DNA from: a virus
Lineage: Duplodnaviria; Caudoviricetes
Direction: 5' to 3' (one strand)
Virus record (IMG/VR): IMGVR_UViG_3300017766_002609
Coordinates: 1 to 42,589 of that record
Length of the DNA stretch: 42,589 nucleotides
Numbering within the stretch: position 1 is the first letter of the stretch; each line of letters starts with the position of its first letter. Below are positions 26,481 through 35,339 of this stretch, one piece after another. The notes under the pieces were generated by a model. It was not told the origin of the DNA and did not search any database. It saw only the letters and a list, made by a program, of their open reading frames with translations. Both the position numbers and the translations under genes were made by a program.

Positions 26481-28145
26481 TCAGAAGTCTCCTTCGTCCC
26501 GGAAGCCGTGGTTCTTGGCCTGCTTCTCGGGGGCGGGTGGTGGTGGGCACGCCTTGAGGGTCGCGCTTTCCGGGGTGTAGGACATCCACGTCGTCTTGCC
26601 GGTGGACGAGCCACGCGGGCGGCACTTCAGGACGCGGGCGCAGGTGGCCAGTCGGGTCACGTCATCCTTGGCTTGGGAGTTGCGCTCCAGCCCGATGACG
26701 ATCCACGACCAGTAGCCCACGGCACGCGAGCCGCGGAAGTGGCGCAGCATGACGCGCCCGCCTTCCTCGTGGGGCGTGCCCTCGGGGGTCGACAGGTGGG
26801 ACACCATGATGATGTTGATGCCCAGCTCGGTGACGAGGTTGGCCGCCTCGCTGACGATCTGCTCGACCGCCTCCTTCTCGTCCTTGTCCGACGCGGCGGC
26901 CATGGTGGTCAGGTTGTCCACGTAGTGGATGCGGACCCCGTTGGCGTGCGTCAGGTGGCGGATGCGGTCCCGGATGGACTCCCAGTCGTTCGAGCCCTGC
27001 GAGTCCAGCAGGTACACCGGGGGTGCGCCGGGGCCTTGGAAGGCCGCGATGTCGGCGGCGAGCTGGCGCTCGTCGGTCGACTCGGTCACCTCGGTGTAGT
27101 TGCGGCCGGCGCGGATGCCTGCCAGCGTGCGGACCGATGACTCGGGGTCGCACTCCATCAGGTGCAGGCCCACGGCGTGGCCGTTCCGGTTGTCCAGCTC
27201 GGCCTGATGCAGGGCGAAGTGGGTCTTGCCGGTGCCGCTGCCGCCGCCGATCAGGACCAGCTCGCCGAAGCGGAGGCCGAGGGTGAACTCGTCCAGCTCA
27301 GGCAGGAACCATGGGCGGCCCCGCGGTGGCGTCTTGCCGGCACTGGCCGCGACCTCGTCCAGCGTCACGATGTTGTCCGGGCGGTACTCGCGGGCGGACC
27401 AGATGGCGTCCACGACAGCGGCGCCCTTGCCATCGCACAGGGCCGCGTTGGCGTCCTTGAAGCCCTCGATGCGGGCGATCTTGCACTTCCCCGGGGGGAA
27501 CAGCTGGGCGCACTCCAGCGTGGCGGCGCGGCCCGGGTCGTCATCGTCGAACATCAGGATGACGGTCTCGAAGCCGAGCAGCCATTCGAGCTGGCCGGCG
27601 ATGTCCTTCTTGGCGCCGCCGGCCCCGTTGCGGACCGAGACCACCGGCCACTTATGGTCCTGCAGCTGGGACACCGACATGGCGTCAATCTCGCCCTCGG
27701 TGATGACCACCATGCGGCCCTTGTCGCGCCACAGGTGCTGACCGAACAGCGGGGCTTCCTTAGGGTTGCCCGTCCAGCGGAAGTCCTTGGACGCCGTGCG
27801 CAGCTTCTGGGCCACCAAGGCGCCCGTCAGGGGCTCGCGGTAGTTGGCGATCTGCACCGGGGTGCCATCGTCGTTGCCGACTTCGTATCGCCACTTCTCG
27901 CAGGTGGCTGCGGTGAGGCCGCGCTTGGGCAGCGCCTTGACCTCGCCAGTGATGGTGGGGATGGACATGGGTTTCCGGGGGGTGTGATGGGCAGACGAGG
28001 GGGTCTCGCCGTCGCCCTTCTCGTAGTGGCCGCAGCCCTGCCCGAAGCAGAACTTGTGGCCGTCCGAATAGACCCCGAGGTTGTCACGGGAGCCGCACTT
28101 CGGGCACGGCTCCTTGCGCAGCAGGAAGGATTCGGTCTGTTCCAT
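26481..28145 (-). CDS. Primase-helicase (gp4-like)
   Basis: CPKC..D..H.FC..C zinc-binding domain, TOPRIM EGEIDAMS/FDDDDPG, Walker A GGGSGTGKT, VSHL, FRGS. Confidence 0.97.
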   Translation of the reverse strand: MEQTESFLLRKEPCPKCGSRDNLGVYSDGHKFCFGQGCGHYEKGDGETPSSAHHTPRKPMSIPTITGEVKALPKRGLTAATCEKWRYEVGNDDGTPVQIANYREPLTGALVAQKLRTASKDFRWTGNPKEAPLFGQHLWRDKGRMVVITEGEIDAMSVSQLQDHKWPVVSVRNGAGGAKKDIAGQLEWLLGFETVILMFDDDDPGRAATLECAQLFPPGKCKIARIEGFKDANAALCDGKGAAVVDAIWSAREYRPDNIVTLDEVAASAGKTPPRGRPWFLPELDEFTLGLRFGELVLIGGGSGTGKTHFALHQAELDNRNGHAVGLHLMECDPESSVRTLAGIRAGRNYTEVTESTDERQLAADIAAFQGPGAPPVYLLDSQGSNDWESIRDRIRHLTHANGVRIHYVDNLTTMAAASDKDEKEAVEQIVSEAANLVTELGINIIMVSHLSTPEGTPHEEGGRVMLRHFRGSRAVGYWSWIVIGLERNSQAKDDVTRLATCARVLKCRPRGSSTGKTTWMSYTPESATLKACPPPPAPEKQAKNHGFRDEGDF

Positions 28146-28151
28146 GGGACC

Positions 28152-28403
28152 TCAGCGGCAGTTGAAGCAGGGGCCGGTGGCGCTGCAGGTGCAGGCCTTG
28201 GTGCTGACCACCCGCACCGGGTAGCCGAACAGCGTGGTGTGCTCGCCGGCCGTGGTCACTCGGTGGTAGCCCAGCTCCCGGCGAACCTGCTCGGCTTCCG
28301 GCAGGGTCAGCTCGATGGCCTCGACTTCCTCCTCGTCCCGCTTGGCGGCGCGGATGGCGGCCTCGATCCGGTTCAGCAGCGGCTTCTTGAGAATCAGGCG
28401 CAT
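28152..28403 (-). CDS. Hypothetical protein with C-terminal Cys4 cluster
   Basis: GAGG RBS; ends CTCSATGPCFNCR. Confidence 0.65.
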   Translation of the reverse strand: MRLILKKPLLNRIEAAIRAAKRDEEEVEAIELTLPEAEQVRRELGYHRVTTAGEHTTLFGYPVRVVSTKACTCSATGPCFNCR

Positions 28404-28410
28404 GGGGACC

Positions 28411-28659
28411 TCAGTTCAGGACGTAGCGGACGTACCGCTGGCCGGTGGTGTCGATCTTGCGGACCGACGAGATGTCGACGCCGGCCTCGCGCAGGTCGAG
28501 GATGCGACGCGGCAGGTAGCGGCACTTGAACATGGCCGAGGCCTCGATGCCCGAGATGTTGCCGGTCTCCAGCAGGTGGGTGGCGATGGCGTGGGTCTGC
28601 GGGGACAGGACCTTGGCTTCGACGAGGCGGGACAGGTGCTGGCGGTTGATCTTGCTCAT
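28411..28659 (-). CDS. Winged helix-turn-helix DNA-binding protein (82 aa)
   Basis: Q...I..HL...G.ISGIEA...F.C..LPRRILDLR..G..I pattern; GAGGA RBS before ATG 28659. Confidence 0.78.
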   Translation of the reverse strand: MSKINRQHLSRLVEAKVLSPQTHAIATHLLETGNISGIEASAMFKCRYLPRRILDLREAGVDISSVRKIDTTGQRYVRYVLN

Positions 28660-28692
28660 TGATGTATCCTCAGAAGGATCGCCCGAAAGGGC

Positions 28693-28723
28693 AAAAGGGG
28701 GAGCCCCGGGCGGGGCCCCCTCC
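28693..28723 (-). terminator. Terminator-like hairpin after the endonuclease gene
   Basis: Minus strand GGAGGGGGCCCC-GCCC-GGGGCTCCCCC-TTTT; short U tract, followed by a second small hairpin at 28681-28692. Confidence 0.5.
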
Positions 28724-28726
28724 TGT

Positions 28727-29173
28727 TCAGACAGCGTAGCCCAGCTCGCGGAGCCACGACAGCGGAAGTTCCTTGTGGGCGTACTTCCAGCCGTTGCGCT
28801 CGCAGTAGAGGGCGTAGGTGGTGGTGGACTGCTTGGAGATGCGGGTCTGGGCGTTGCTGAACAGCAGCCGGATGTCGAAGTCCGGGTGCTGCTCATGCAC
28901 CAGCTTCTGCTTCTGCCGATCCTCGGTCAGCCACCGACCCTTGGTCTCGACGAAGATGCCGAGACCCGGGGCCGGGGCCTTGCCGACGTGCTGGGCGTGG
29001 GGCAGCCAGAAGTCCGGGGTGTACGTCCGGGGCTTCGACGGCTGCTGGTAGGCCAGCTTGTGGGCCTCGAACTCGAAGGGGACACCGCGGCCCCGAAGGA
29101 CCGCGGCGATCTTCTCCTCCAGACCAGACCGGAAGCCGTGCTTCAGCCCGACTTCCTGCTGGGACAGGGCCAT
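28727..29173 (-). CDS. Endonuclease I / Holliday junction resolvase (gp3-like)
   Basis: FRSGLEEK, YTPDF, ETKG, DRQK, QHP..DIR. Confidence 0.96.
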   Translation of the reverse strand: MALSQQEVGLKHGFRSGLEEKIAAVLRGRGVPFEFEAHKLAYQQPSKPRTYTPDFWLPHAQHVGKAPAPGLGIFVETKGRWLTEDRQKQKLVHEQHPDFDIRLLFSNAQTRISKQSTTTYALYCERNGWKYAHKELPLSWLRELGYAV

Positions 29174-29853
29174 CAGAAGTCTTCCGCCGCCGCGTCCGGG
29201 GCGCCGGTCGAGCCCTCGTCGGTGAAGCCGTGCTCGCTGCCCTCGTCCTCGCCGCCCTCGTCGCCGAAGCCGAAGGCCCCGGCCGAGCGGTCACCGAACG
29301 ACTTGACCTCCAGCACCTGCACCGCTTCCAGCGCCAGCGACACGCCGACGCCCAGCGCCGCGGTGTAGAACGGGCGCAGCTCGCCCGACACCTTGATGAC
29401 CGAGCCGCCGCCGACCTTGGCCAGCGCCTCGCCGAGCAGCGGGCGGGTGCGGGAGTCGAAGACCGCCGGCTTGCGGGTCCACGGCTTGCCCGTCTTCTTG
29501 GACACGCCGCTCGCCTTCATCTTGAAGTTGAACTCCCACTCGCCGGTCGGCTGGTCGTTCTCGTACAGCTCCTTGTACGGAGGGTCGGCGCGCTCCGGGA
29601 TGGCCTCGCGCTTCTTCGGGTTCTTCTCCTTGAGCTTCGCCTCCTTGAGGTCGTCGGCGAAGTGCTCGCTCGCCTCGTCGTGGTAGGCGTCGATCTTGGC
29701 CACGAGGGCCGCGGCGTCCGCGCCACGCAGGCGCAGCTTCACGCTGTACTCGCCTTCCGCCTTGAACTTGGTGTCCGGTTCAGCCAGACGGGGCCACGAC
29801 GCGATGCCCTTCGGGGTGGTGACCTTGACGGCCTTCAGTTCGCCAGTTGCCAT
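29173..29853 (-). CDS. ssb: Single-stranded DNA-binding protein (gp2.5-like)
   Basis: TPKG...PDTKF..EGEY; GGGS; GVSLALEAVQV; acidic tail ending in Phe. Confidence 0.95.
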   Translation of the reverse strand: MATGELKAVKVTTPKGIASWPRLAEPDTKFKAEGEYSVKLRLRGADAAALVAKIDAYHDEASEHFADDLKEAKLKEKNPKKREAIPERADPPYKELYENDQPTGEWEFNFKMKASGVSKKTGKPWTRKPAVFDSRTRPLLGEALAKVGGGSVIKVSGELRPFYTAALGVGVSLALEAVQVLEVKSFGDRSAGAFGFGDEGGEDEGSEHGFTDEGSTGAPDAAAEDF

Positions 29854-29882
29854 GCTGCGTTCTCCTTGGGTGGTGGACCGGC

Positions 29883-30032
29883 TCAGTAGCCGTATCCGGT
29901 GGGGTGATCGAGGGGGTCCAGTTCGTTGACGCCGAACAGCTCCAGCTCCAGCTGGTGGAAAGCATCGAGCGCGGCGCGCTGAGGTGCGTCGGTGTCGGTC
30001 AGGTCGGGTGCATCGTAGTCGTCAGGTCGCAT
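29883..30032 (-). CDS. Small acidic protein (49 aa), not in ORF track
   Basis: MRPDDYDAPDLTDTDAPQRAALDAFHQLELELFGVNELDPLDHPTGYGY; fills the gap before ssb with genome-typical codon usage. Confidence 0.55.
   Translation of the reverse strand: MRPDDYDAPDLTDTDAPQRAALDAFHQLELELFGVNELDPLDHPTGYGY
29902..29915 (-). promoter_or_regulatory. Putative phage RNAP promoter (phi2.5-equivalent)
   Basis: CCCCTCGATCACCC, 13/14 match, ~50 nt upstream of ssb. Confidence 0.6.
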
Positions 30033-30252
30033 TGCGGCACTCGTAGTGGGTCACGCGGGCGTCGAAGGGGATGGCCCCCTGCACGCGCAGGATGTGGAGG
30101 GTCTTCTGGGCCCACTGGTCACAGAAGGTGGAGCCGGTCATCGGTGGGGCGCCATCGGGGATGTAGCCGGGGACGGTGTAGCTGTAGGCCTCCACCCGGG
30201 AGACCTCAGGCGGGACCGCATCGAACATCAGGAGGAACAGAAGGGTCTTCAT
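30022..30252 (-). CDS. Hypothetical protein (76 aa)
   Basis: First ORF after the RNAP gene and promoter; short hydrophobic N-terminus. Confidence 0.55.
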   Translation of the reverse strand: MKTLLFLLMFDAVPPEVSRVEAYSYTVPGYIPDGAPPMTGSTFCDQWAQKTLHILRVQGAIPFDARVTHYECRNAT

Positions 30253-30370
30253 GGGTCACCCATGGTGGAGTGGAGTGGAGGGGTCCTGTGTCAGGTACTC
30301 CAATGGTGGAGCCAATAGAGTCTAACAAGGACCCCATAAGGTACTATGGTGGTCCCTCATTCCCCCAGCC

Positions 30371-30384
30371 GGGTGAACGAGTGG
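30371..30384 (-). promoter_or_regulatory. Putative phage RNAP promoter / primary-origin region (phi1.1-equivalent)
   Basis: CCACTCGTTCACCC, 13/14 match, right after the RNAP stop and followed by an AT-richer tract. Confidence 0.68.
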
Positions 30385-30397
30385 GTCCAATTCTCGG

Positions 30398-32896
30398 TCA
30401 GGCGAAGGCGTACAGGCTGTCCCGCACCTTGCCGAGGTCCAGCGTGCCCCGCGGCGGGGGCATCGGGAGGTCTTCCAGCGCCTCCGGCGGGAGCGCAGCG
30501 CGCACCGAGTCGGTGTACGTGGCGACCGGGTCGGCCTCCTCGTACAGGCGCGCGAAGCTGTCCCGCAGGGCCCATGCTGCGACCGCTGCGTTCCCCGCGG
30601 GGACCCCGAAGGAGTCGTGGATCAGCGCGAACTGGTCGAGCCCAGCCGCCGCGGCGGTGCGGACGAACAGGCGCAGGGCCGTGCCGTCCATGGAGTGGAC
30701 CCAGTTGGGCGCCACGCCGTTGCGCTGGCGGTGGCGGTCCAGCTCCTCGGTCTCCTCGTCGAGCCGCGGCTTGATGACCTTGCCGTGGAACTTGGTCTCG
30801 ACCTGCCGGCTGATGATCTTGCGGTAGGCCTGCCGGACAGGGAAGCCGTCCGGGGTCTCCCACTCGACCACGCCGCCGTGCTTCGCCAGCTGGCCGGCGA
30901 GGGTCTGGAGGTAGTCCATGCCGCCGCGGGCCGCCACGACCGTGTCACCGATGCAGCGCCAGACGTGCGAGGCGAGCCACTTCGAGGCGTCGAAGATGCC
31001 GTCCGGCCGCATGGTCCCCTCGACCACGCCCTCGAACTCGTTGACGGCACCGCCCGCGAGCTTCTCGCGGATGGCGTCGTCGCTGAACTCGCGCACCGAG
31101 AAGTTGGTGCAGCCGTAGGGCAGCGTCATGACCGACCGCTTGGTGATCTTGCGGTCGATGCCGAAGCGCAGCCACGCCCGGGCCAGCGCCCCGTCGTTGC
31201 CCGACACGTCCTTGAGGGGCGTGATGGCAGCGATGGTGCGGCGGGCGACCTCGGCGTAGATGTCAGCCGGCCGGTCGGACGGGATCAGGTTGACCTGCTT
31301 GCCGCCGACCGGGTCGCGCAGCGCGGCGCTGTAGTGCTGGATGCCGTTGCAGCTGCCGTCCATGGCGACCGGGACGTAGGACACCGTGCCCCAGCCGCCG
31401 TCGATCACCCGGATGAAGTCGCAGGCCCACGCGAAGAAGCACAGCGGGCTGTCCGCCTTGATCCAGAAGTCGTAGGCGGGGCCCTCCGGGTCCTCGGCCG
31501 TGGCGCGGATGGCGTCGAGGTTGTCGACCACCCAGTTCCAGCGGTCGACGAACGGCACCTTGTCGACTCCGTAGCTGTTCGCGCCATGGATCGCCAGCCA
31601 CTCCAGCGCGGCCTCGTCGTTGATCGGCGTGCCGATGCTGAAGCGCAGCAGGGACTTCTGCAGGTCGTTGCCCTGCGGGTTGACGCCGGCCGGGACCGAG
31701 TACATCCGGCCCCGGAAGTCGAGCTGCTGGGGGAACCAGATGGCGTCGAAGGCGCCGAAGCGGCGGGCCTGCGAAAGCATCCGGTCGAACTCCAGCCGGC
31801 GAGCGCGGCGCTTGCGGTTGGCGACGTGGGCTGCGGAGGCGACCTTGCGCCACGACTTGCGGGCGGAGTCGTCCTCGTCAGCCTCCGGCGGGCGCTCCGG
31901 GATCGGCTGCTCGCTGTCGTAGCCGAGGTTGTCGAGCGCGTCCCGGGCGGCCAGCTTCTCCAGCAGGGCCAGCACGTCCGGGTTGATGCGCCACGCGGTG
32001 GACTGGGCGAGGTTGACCGCCTCGATCACGCCGGTCAGGTCGGCCGCCTTGAGGGCGTCGAAGTGGGCGCGACCGTCCGGGCCGCCACGGGACTTGACCA
32101 GCGGCAGGGTGGGGATGACCTTGGTCAGGTAGCCGCCGCCCCATGGGCGGGTCCACGGCTGCGGCTCGCAGACCATGGGCCAGTAGTCGGCGACGTGCAT
32201 CTCGGCCCGGGCCGCGGCCTCGCGCAGCCACTCCTCGGTCTCGGGCTTCGGCTGCAGGAAGTGGGCGACCTTGCCGCCGCCCTCGACCGCGCCGCTGATG
32301 GTCTCGAACAGACCGGTCGCCCGGTTGAACTGGTCGATCAGCCACAGCCCCACGAACAGGCGCTTGCGGGCGCCCCACGGGGTGTACGGCACGCCCTTCA
32401 GGCGCATCAGGCGCCAGACGATCCCGAGCTGGGCAGCACGGCCGCCCGCGCTGTCCCGGGTGGCGCGCTGCAGGGTCCAGTCGAAGGCGTGCGGGTTGAC
32501 CGCATGGAAGCGGGCCATGCGCTCCTCGGACTCGATCATCTCGCCGAGGGCCACGGCCACGGCGGTCAGCGGGCGTACCCGGGTGGCCCCGTCGACCAGC
32601 GCCTTGGCGGTCAGCAGGGCGAGCACGTCTGCGTCCATCTCGCGGATGACCTCGACGGCCTGCGCTCGCCGCTGCGGGTGCCCCTGCAGGGCCTCGTCCC
32701 GGGCGGTGGCGATGGCGAGCGCGCCCTGCCGGAGGGTGCCGGCGACAAGGCGCTTGCCGGCGTGGGTGTTGGACTGGTGTTCCGCGTTGCGGAGGTTGAA
32801 GGCCCGCTCGCGGGCGACAGCACCGCTCCGGGCTTCCAGTTCGAGGTCGCACTGGATCAGCCGGCGGAGAGCGTTGATGGTGTCGAGGTCGGTCAT
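30398..32896 (-). CDS. Single-subunit DNA-dependent RNA polymerase (T7 gp1-like)
   Basis: DFRGRMY, DGSCNGIQHY, RKITKRSVMTLPYG, PNWVHSMD, IHDSFG, C-terminal YAFA. Confidence 0.98.
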   Translation of the reverse strand: MTDLDTINALRRLIQCDLELEARSGAVARERAFNLRNAEHQSNTHAGKRLVAGTLRQGALAIATARDEALQGHPQRRAQAVEVIREMDADVLALLTAKALVDGATRVRPLTAVAVALGEMIESEERMARFHAVNPHAFDWTLQRATRDSAGGRAAQLGIVWRLMRLKGVPYTPWGARKRLFVGLWLIDQFNRATGLFETISGAVEGGGKVAHFLQPKPETEEWLREAAARAEMHVADYWPMVCEPQPWTRPWGGGYLTKVIPTLPLVKSRGGPDGRAHFDALKAADLTGVIEAVNLAQSTAWRINPDVLALLEKLAARDALDNLGYDSEQPIPERPPEADEDDSARKSWRKVASAAHVANRKRRARRLEFDRMLSQARRFGAFDAIWFPQQLDFRGRMYSVPAGVNPQGNDLQKSLLRFSIGTPINDEAALEWLAIHGANSYGVDKVPFVDRWNWVVDNLDAIRATAEDPEGPAYDFWIKADSPLCFFAWACDFIRVIDGGWGTVSYVPVAMDGSCNGIQHYSAALRDPVGGKQVNLIPSDRPADIYAEVARRTIAAITPLKDVSGNDGALARAWLRFGIDRKITKRSVMTLPYGCTNFSVREFSDDAIREKLAGGAVNEFEGVVEGTMRPDGIFDASKWLASHVWRCIGDTVVAARGGMDYLQTLAGQLAKHGGVVEWETPDGFPVRQAYRKIISRQVETKFHGKVIKPRLDEETEELDRHRQRNGVAPNWVHSMDGTALRLFVRTAAAAGLDQFALIHDSFGVPAGNAAVAAWALRDSFARLYEEADPVATYTDSVRAALPPEALEDLPMPPPRGTLDLGKVRDSLYAFA

Positions 32897-32897
32897 G

Positions 32898-33098
32898 TTA
32901 CTCGGGTTCTCGGATGGCGAAGACGATCAGGGCCAGCACCAGCAGGACGGCCAGCAGCGCGCCGGACGCCAGCGGGAGGGTGAGGATCAGGACCAGCGCG
33001 TACAGCGCGAGGCCCACGATGGCGACCATCCCGAGCACGCGCAGCGCGAGCCAGACGAGAAAGTCGAGAAGGAAGCCGGGGATGCGGTGGGGGTTCAT
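32898..33098 (-). CDS. Small membrane protein, about two TM helices (66 aa)
   Basis: Almost entirely hydrophobic from MNPHRIPG; stop lies 1 nt before the RNAP ATG. Confidence 0.65.
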   Translation of the reverse strand: MNPHRIPGFLLDFLVWLALRVLGMVAIVGLALYALVLILTLPLASGALLAVLLVLALIVFAIREPE

Positions 33099-33099
33099 G

Positions 33100-33219
33100 T
33101 CAGAAGCCGGGGTCGGTGGTGTCGGGTGGCGGCGGGTTGGGGCGCTGCCCCTTGGGGCCCAGCTGGACCTGATCGGGACCGACCGGGACCAGCGGGGCAT
33201 CCCATGGGATGAAGATCAC
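33100..33219 (-). CDS. Tiny Pro-rich hypothetical protein (39 aa)
   Basis: GTGA overlap with the upstream stop; fills the gap. Confidence 0.4.
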   Translation of the reverse strand: MIFIPWDAPLVPVGPDQVQLGPKGQRPNPPPPDTTDPGF

Positions 33220-33461
33220 ACCGGGTGGCCGGCGTTGCAGAACTTCTTGGCCCGCTGGTACAGCCAGCGCAGGCAGCCCGGGGACAGCGTGCGGGTCACC
33301 GAGGGGACCGTTCGGAACTCCGGCAGCCCGTTCAGGCCGATGGTCCCGGTGGGCACCAGCCGGTGCTTCACGACGGTGTCGCGGTACTCGACCCGCGGGT
33401 TCGCCGGGTCGCCCCAGCCGTTGATGGTGCGGCGCAGCTTCTTGGCCTTTTTCGCGTTCAT
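33216..33461 (-). CDS. Basic early hypothetical protein (81 aa)
   Basis: MNAKKAKKLRR start; GGAGGA RBS. Confidence 0.75.
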   Translation of the reverse strand: MNAKKAKKLRRTINGWGDPANPRVEYRDTVVKHRLVPTGTIGLNGLPEFRTVPSVTRTLSPGCLRWLYQRAKKFCNAGHPV

Positions 33462-33463
33462 GT

Positions 33464-33604
33464 TCAGAATCCTCCGGTGAAGGTGACGGTGACAACGGTG
33501 TCGTGGAAGTCGTTGGTGGCCTTGAAGGACACACCAGTGGCGACCAGCGCCGCGAGAATGGCGGCGAGGTCGGCGAGGGTATCGTAACGGTAGGTCAGGG
33601 TCAT
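33464..33604 (-). CDS. Small early hypothetical protein (46 aa), not in ORF track
   Basis: MTLTYRYDTLADLAAILAALVATGVSFKATNDFHDTVVTVTFTGGF; 2-nt gaps to both neighbours. Confidence 0.65.
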   Translation of the reverse strand: MTLTYRYDTLADLAAILAALVATGVSFKATNDFHDTVVTVTFTGGF

Positions 33605-33606
33605 GG

Positions 33607-33810
33607 TCAGATGCTCGCGCCCTTGCGGGCGTCAGGGTGGATGCGGAAGCGGTAGGGGTCGGGCTCGCCGGCCTTGAAGGGCGGGATGGCGGACAGCTTC
33701 CAGCGCCGCCACGGCCCGGTCATGGTGCTGAAGCCGGTGTCGACCGCGAGACAGAAGTCGATGGCCTTGCCCTCCTTGAGGAGGCGGGCCGCCTCGTCGC
33801 GGCCGATCAC
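33607..33810 (-). CDS. Early hypothetical protein (67 aa)
   Basis: GTGA coupling; MIGRDEAARLLKEG. Confidence 0.6.
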   Translation of the reverse strand: MIGRDEAARLLKEGKAIDFCLAVDTGFSTMTGPWRRWKLSAIPPFKAGEPDPYRFRIHPDARKGASI

Positions 33811-34100
33811 AGGTAGTACCGGGCGTAGTACACCGCCGAGGCCTGCTCGACCAGCTTCTCCAGCGGCGTGTCGAGGTTGGCCGCGGCCAGCCGGACACCG
33901 GCCCGGTCCCGGATGGCGTGGATGTAGCCGCCGGTCCACTGGGAGGTGGTGACGGTGTACTCGCACAGGAAGCGCGACTCGCCGACCGGCAGGCTGAAGT
34001 ACAGGGTGCGCGGCAGGTGCTGGGTGGCACCGAACAGGGTCCGCAGGCCGTAGGCGAAGGCCTCGTCCGGGGACTGCGTGGGGGTCTGGTTGGGTTCCAT
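33807..34100 (-). CDS. Early hypothetical protein (97 aa)
   Basis: GGAG RBS; tight packing. Confidence 0.65.
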   Translation of the reverse strand: MEPNQTPTQSPDEAFAYGLRTLFGATQHLPRTLYFSLPVGESRFLCEYTVTTSQWTGGYIHAIRDRAGVRLAAANLDTPLEKLVEQASAVYYARYYL

Positions 34101-34187
34101 GGGGGACTCCGGTGGGGTGATGAGGGGGTCGCAGCAATGCGCCCGTGGGTGCCCCCGCAGGACCTCGCAGGGGCACCGGCTGGCGTA

Positions 34188-34667
34188 CTACTTCACGCGC
34201 TCGATTTCATCCTGCGACACCGAGCCGAACAGGCGCGGCAGCTCGTCGTAGGTGAACTTGACGGTCATCGGCGACTTCGGCCACTCGACCGGCTCGGCCC
34301 AGCGGTTGCCCGGGCTGCCCCCGTCGATGGCGATCAGGACCAGCTTGATCTTGAAGGGCTTGGCCGCGTGGTCGCCGAACTGGGCGATGATGTAGGTCGA
34401 GCCGTGGATGCGGACCTTGTCGCCGAGGCGGAAGGTGATCTGCTCCGCGGCCAGCTGCGCCTCGGCGGCGGACAGGTCAGCCCGGGCCTCGCGGACCAGC
34501 TTGGCGAGGCGGTAGCGGTCCTCGGCCGCAGCCTTGGACTCGCGGATCGCAACCGCGACGCGCGCCTTGGCGGCGGTGTGTCGCTGCACGGCCTCCTCCA
34601 AGCGGGCCTCGGTGCTGCCGAGGAGGGCCTTGATGTTGTTCACGTCCAGCTGGGTGATGGTCGACAT
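34188..34667 (-). CDS. Early protein: coiled coil plus SH3/KOW-like C-terminal domain
   Basis: Ala/Glu/Arg heptads followed by FRLGDKVRI. Confidence 0.7.
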   Translation of the reverse strand: MSTITQLDVNNIKALLGSTEARLEEAVQRHTAAKARVAVAIRESKAAAEDRYRLAKLVREARADLSAAEAQLAAEQITFRLGDKVRIHGSTYIIAQFGDHAAKPFKIKLVLIAIDGGSPGNRWAEPVEWPKSPMTVKFTYDELPRLFGSVSQDEIERVK

Positions 34668-34671
34668 GGGT

Positions 34672-35112
34672 TCAGCTCCGGCCCGTCAGGGCGTTGATGG
34701 TGGTGGTGGTGCGTTCGACTCGGCGGGCGTGGCGGCAGGCCGCGTCCGCGTCGGCGGTGTTGGTGTAGGTGGTGGTCAGTTCCTGGCCCGTGAGGGCGTT
34801 CCAGACGTACCACTCGATGCTGCCGGCGTCCGTACCGCGGGCCGAGTAGGTCCACGGGTAGGTCTCGCGGTCCAGCGAGTGGCCGCGCAGGCCGCCCGCG
34901 TCGTCGACGTGACCGAGGGAGCCGCCCTCGTTGATGCCGCCGCCGACCGAGGTCGGGGCGTGCGGCGGGGGCAGCTGGGAGCCGTCGACGTGCCCCTCGG
35001 AGACCTTGCGGCCGTACTCGGGGGCGGTGTAGCCCTCGGCGAGGAGGGCAGCGGCGGCTGCAGCCCGGATGGCCGGGTCGTTGATGCGGCGGATGGTGTT
35101 TGCGCAGTACAT
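34672..35112 (-). CDS. Early hypothetical protein (146 aa)
   Basis: GAGGA RBS; packed between neighbours. Confidence 0.65.
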   Translation of the reverse strand: MYCANTIRRINDPAIRAAAAAALLAEGYTAPEYGRKVSEGHVDGSQLPPPHAPTSVGGGINEGGSLGHVDDAGGLRGHSLDRETYPWTYSARGTDAGSIEWYVWNALTGQELTTTYTNTADADAACRHARRVERTTTTINALTGRS

Positions 35113-35123
35113 GATGGGGTTCC

Positions 35124-35339
35124 TCAGGGTGTGGGGCGGAAGATGTAGCTGACGGCCTCGAAGTCGCCGTCCTCGTTGATTCGCTCGGTGGTGCAGACGG
35201 GCGCTCGCCGGCAGCCGTTGCCGTCGTTCTCGAAGGCGCAGCCGCGGCAGCCTTGGTAGTTTGCCTGCTTGCGGACGTATCGCTCGCCGTCCAGCTCGAA
35301 GGTCACGGGGACTTCCTGAAGCGTGCGGGGCAGGGTCAT
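35124..35339 (-). CDS. Cys4 early protein (paralogue of 36574-36831)
   Basis: TFELDGERYV...CRGCAF...C...P.C...IF. Confidence 0.7.
   Translation of the reverse strand: MTLPRTLQEVPVTFELDGERYVRKQANYQGCRGCAFENDGNGCRRAPVCTTERINEDGDFEAVSYIFRPTP

Noticed and set aside
5855-28896. Upstream-extended starts given by the ORF track (e.g. 5905, 6966, 22517, 25928, 26614, 28896)
   Set aside because: The extensions overlap neighbouring genes. Downstream ATG/GTG starts with an RBS or stop-start coupling fit better and were used instead.
1084-32983. Very long plus-strand ORFs (e.g. 1084-3486, 7806-9905, 11333-14113, 14107-17136, 19540-21840, 23835-26045, 30617-32983)
   Set aside because: They are antisense shadows of well-supported minus-strand genes. 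Strong GC bias at third codon positions removes stops, and the translations show no recognisable motifs.
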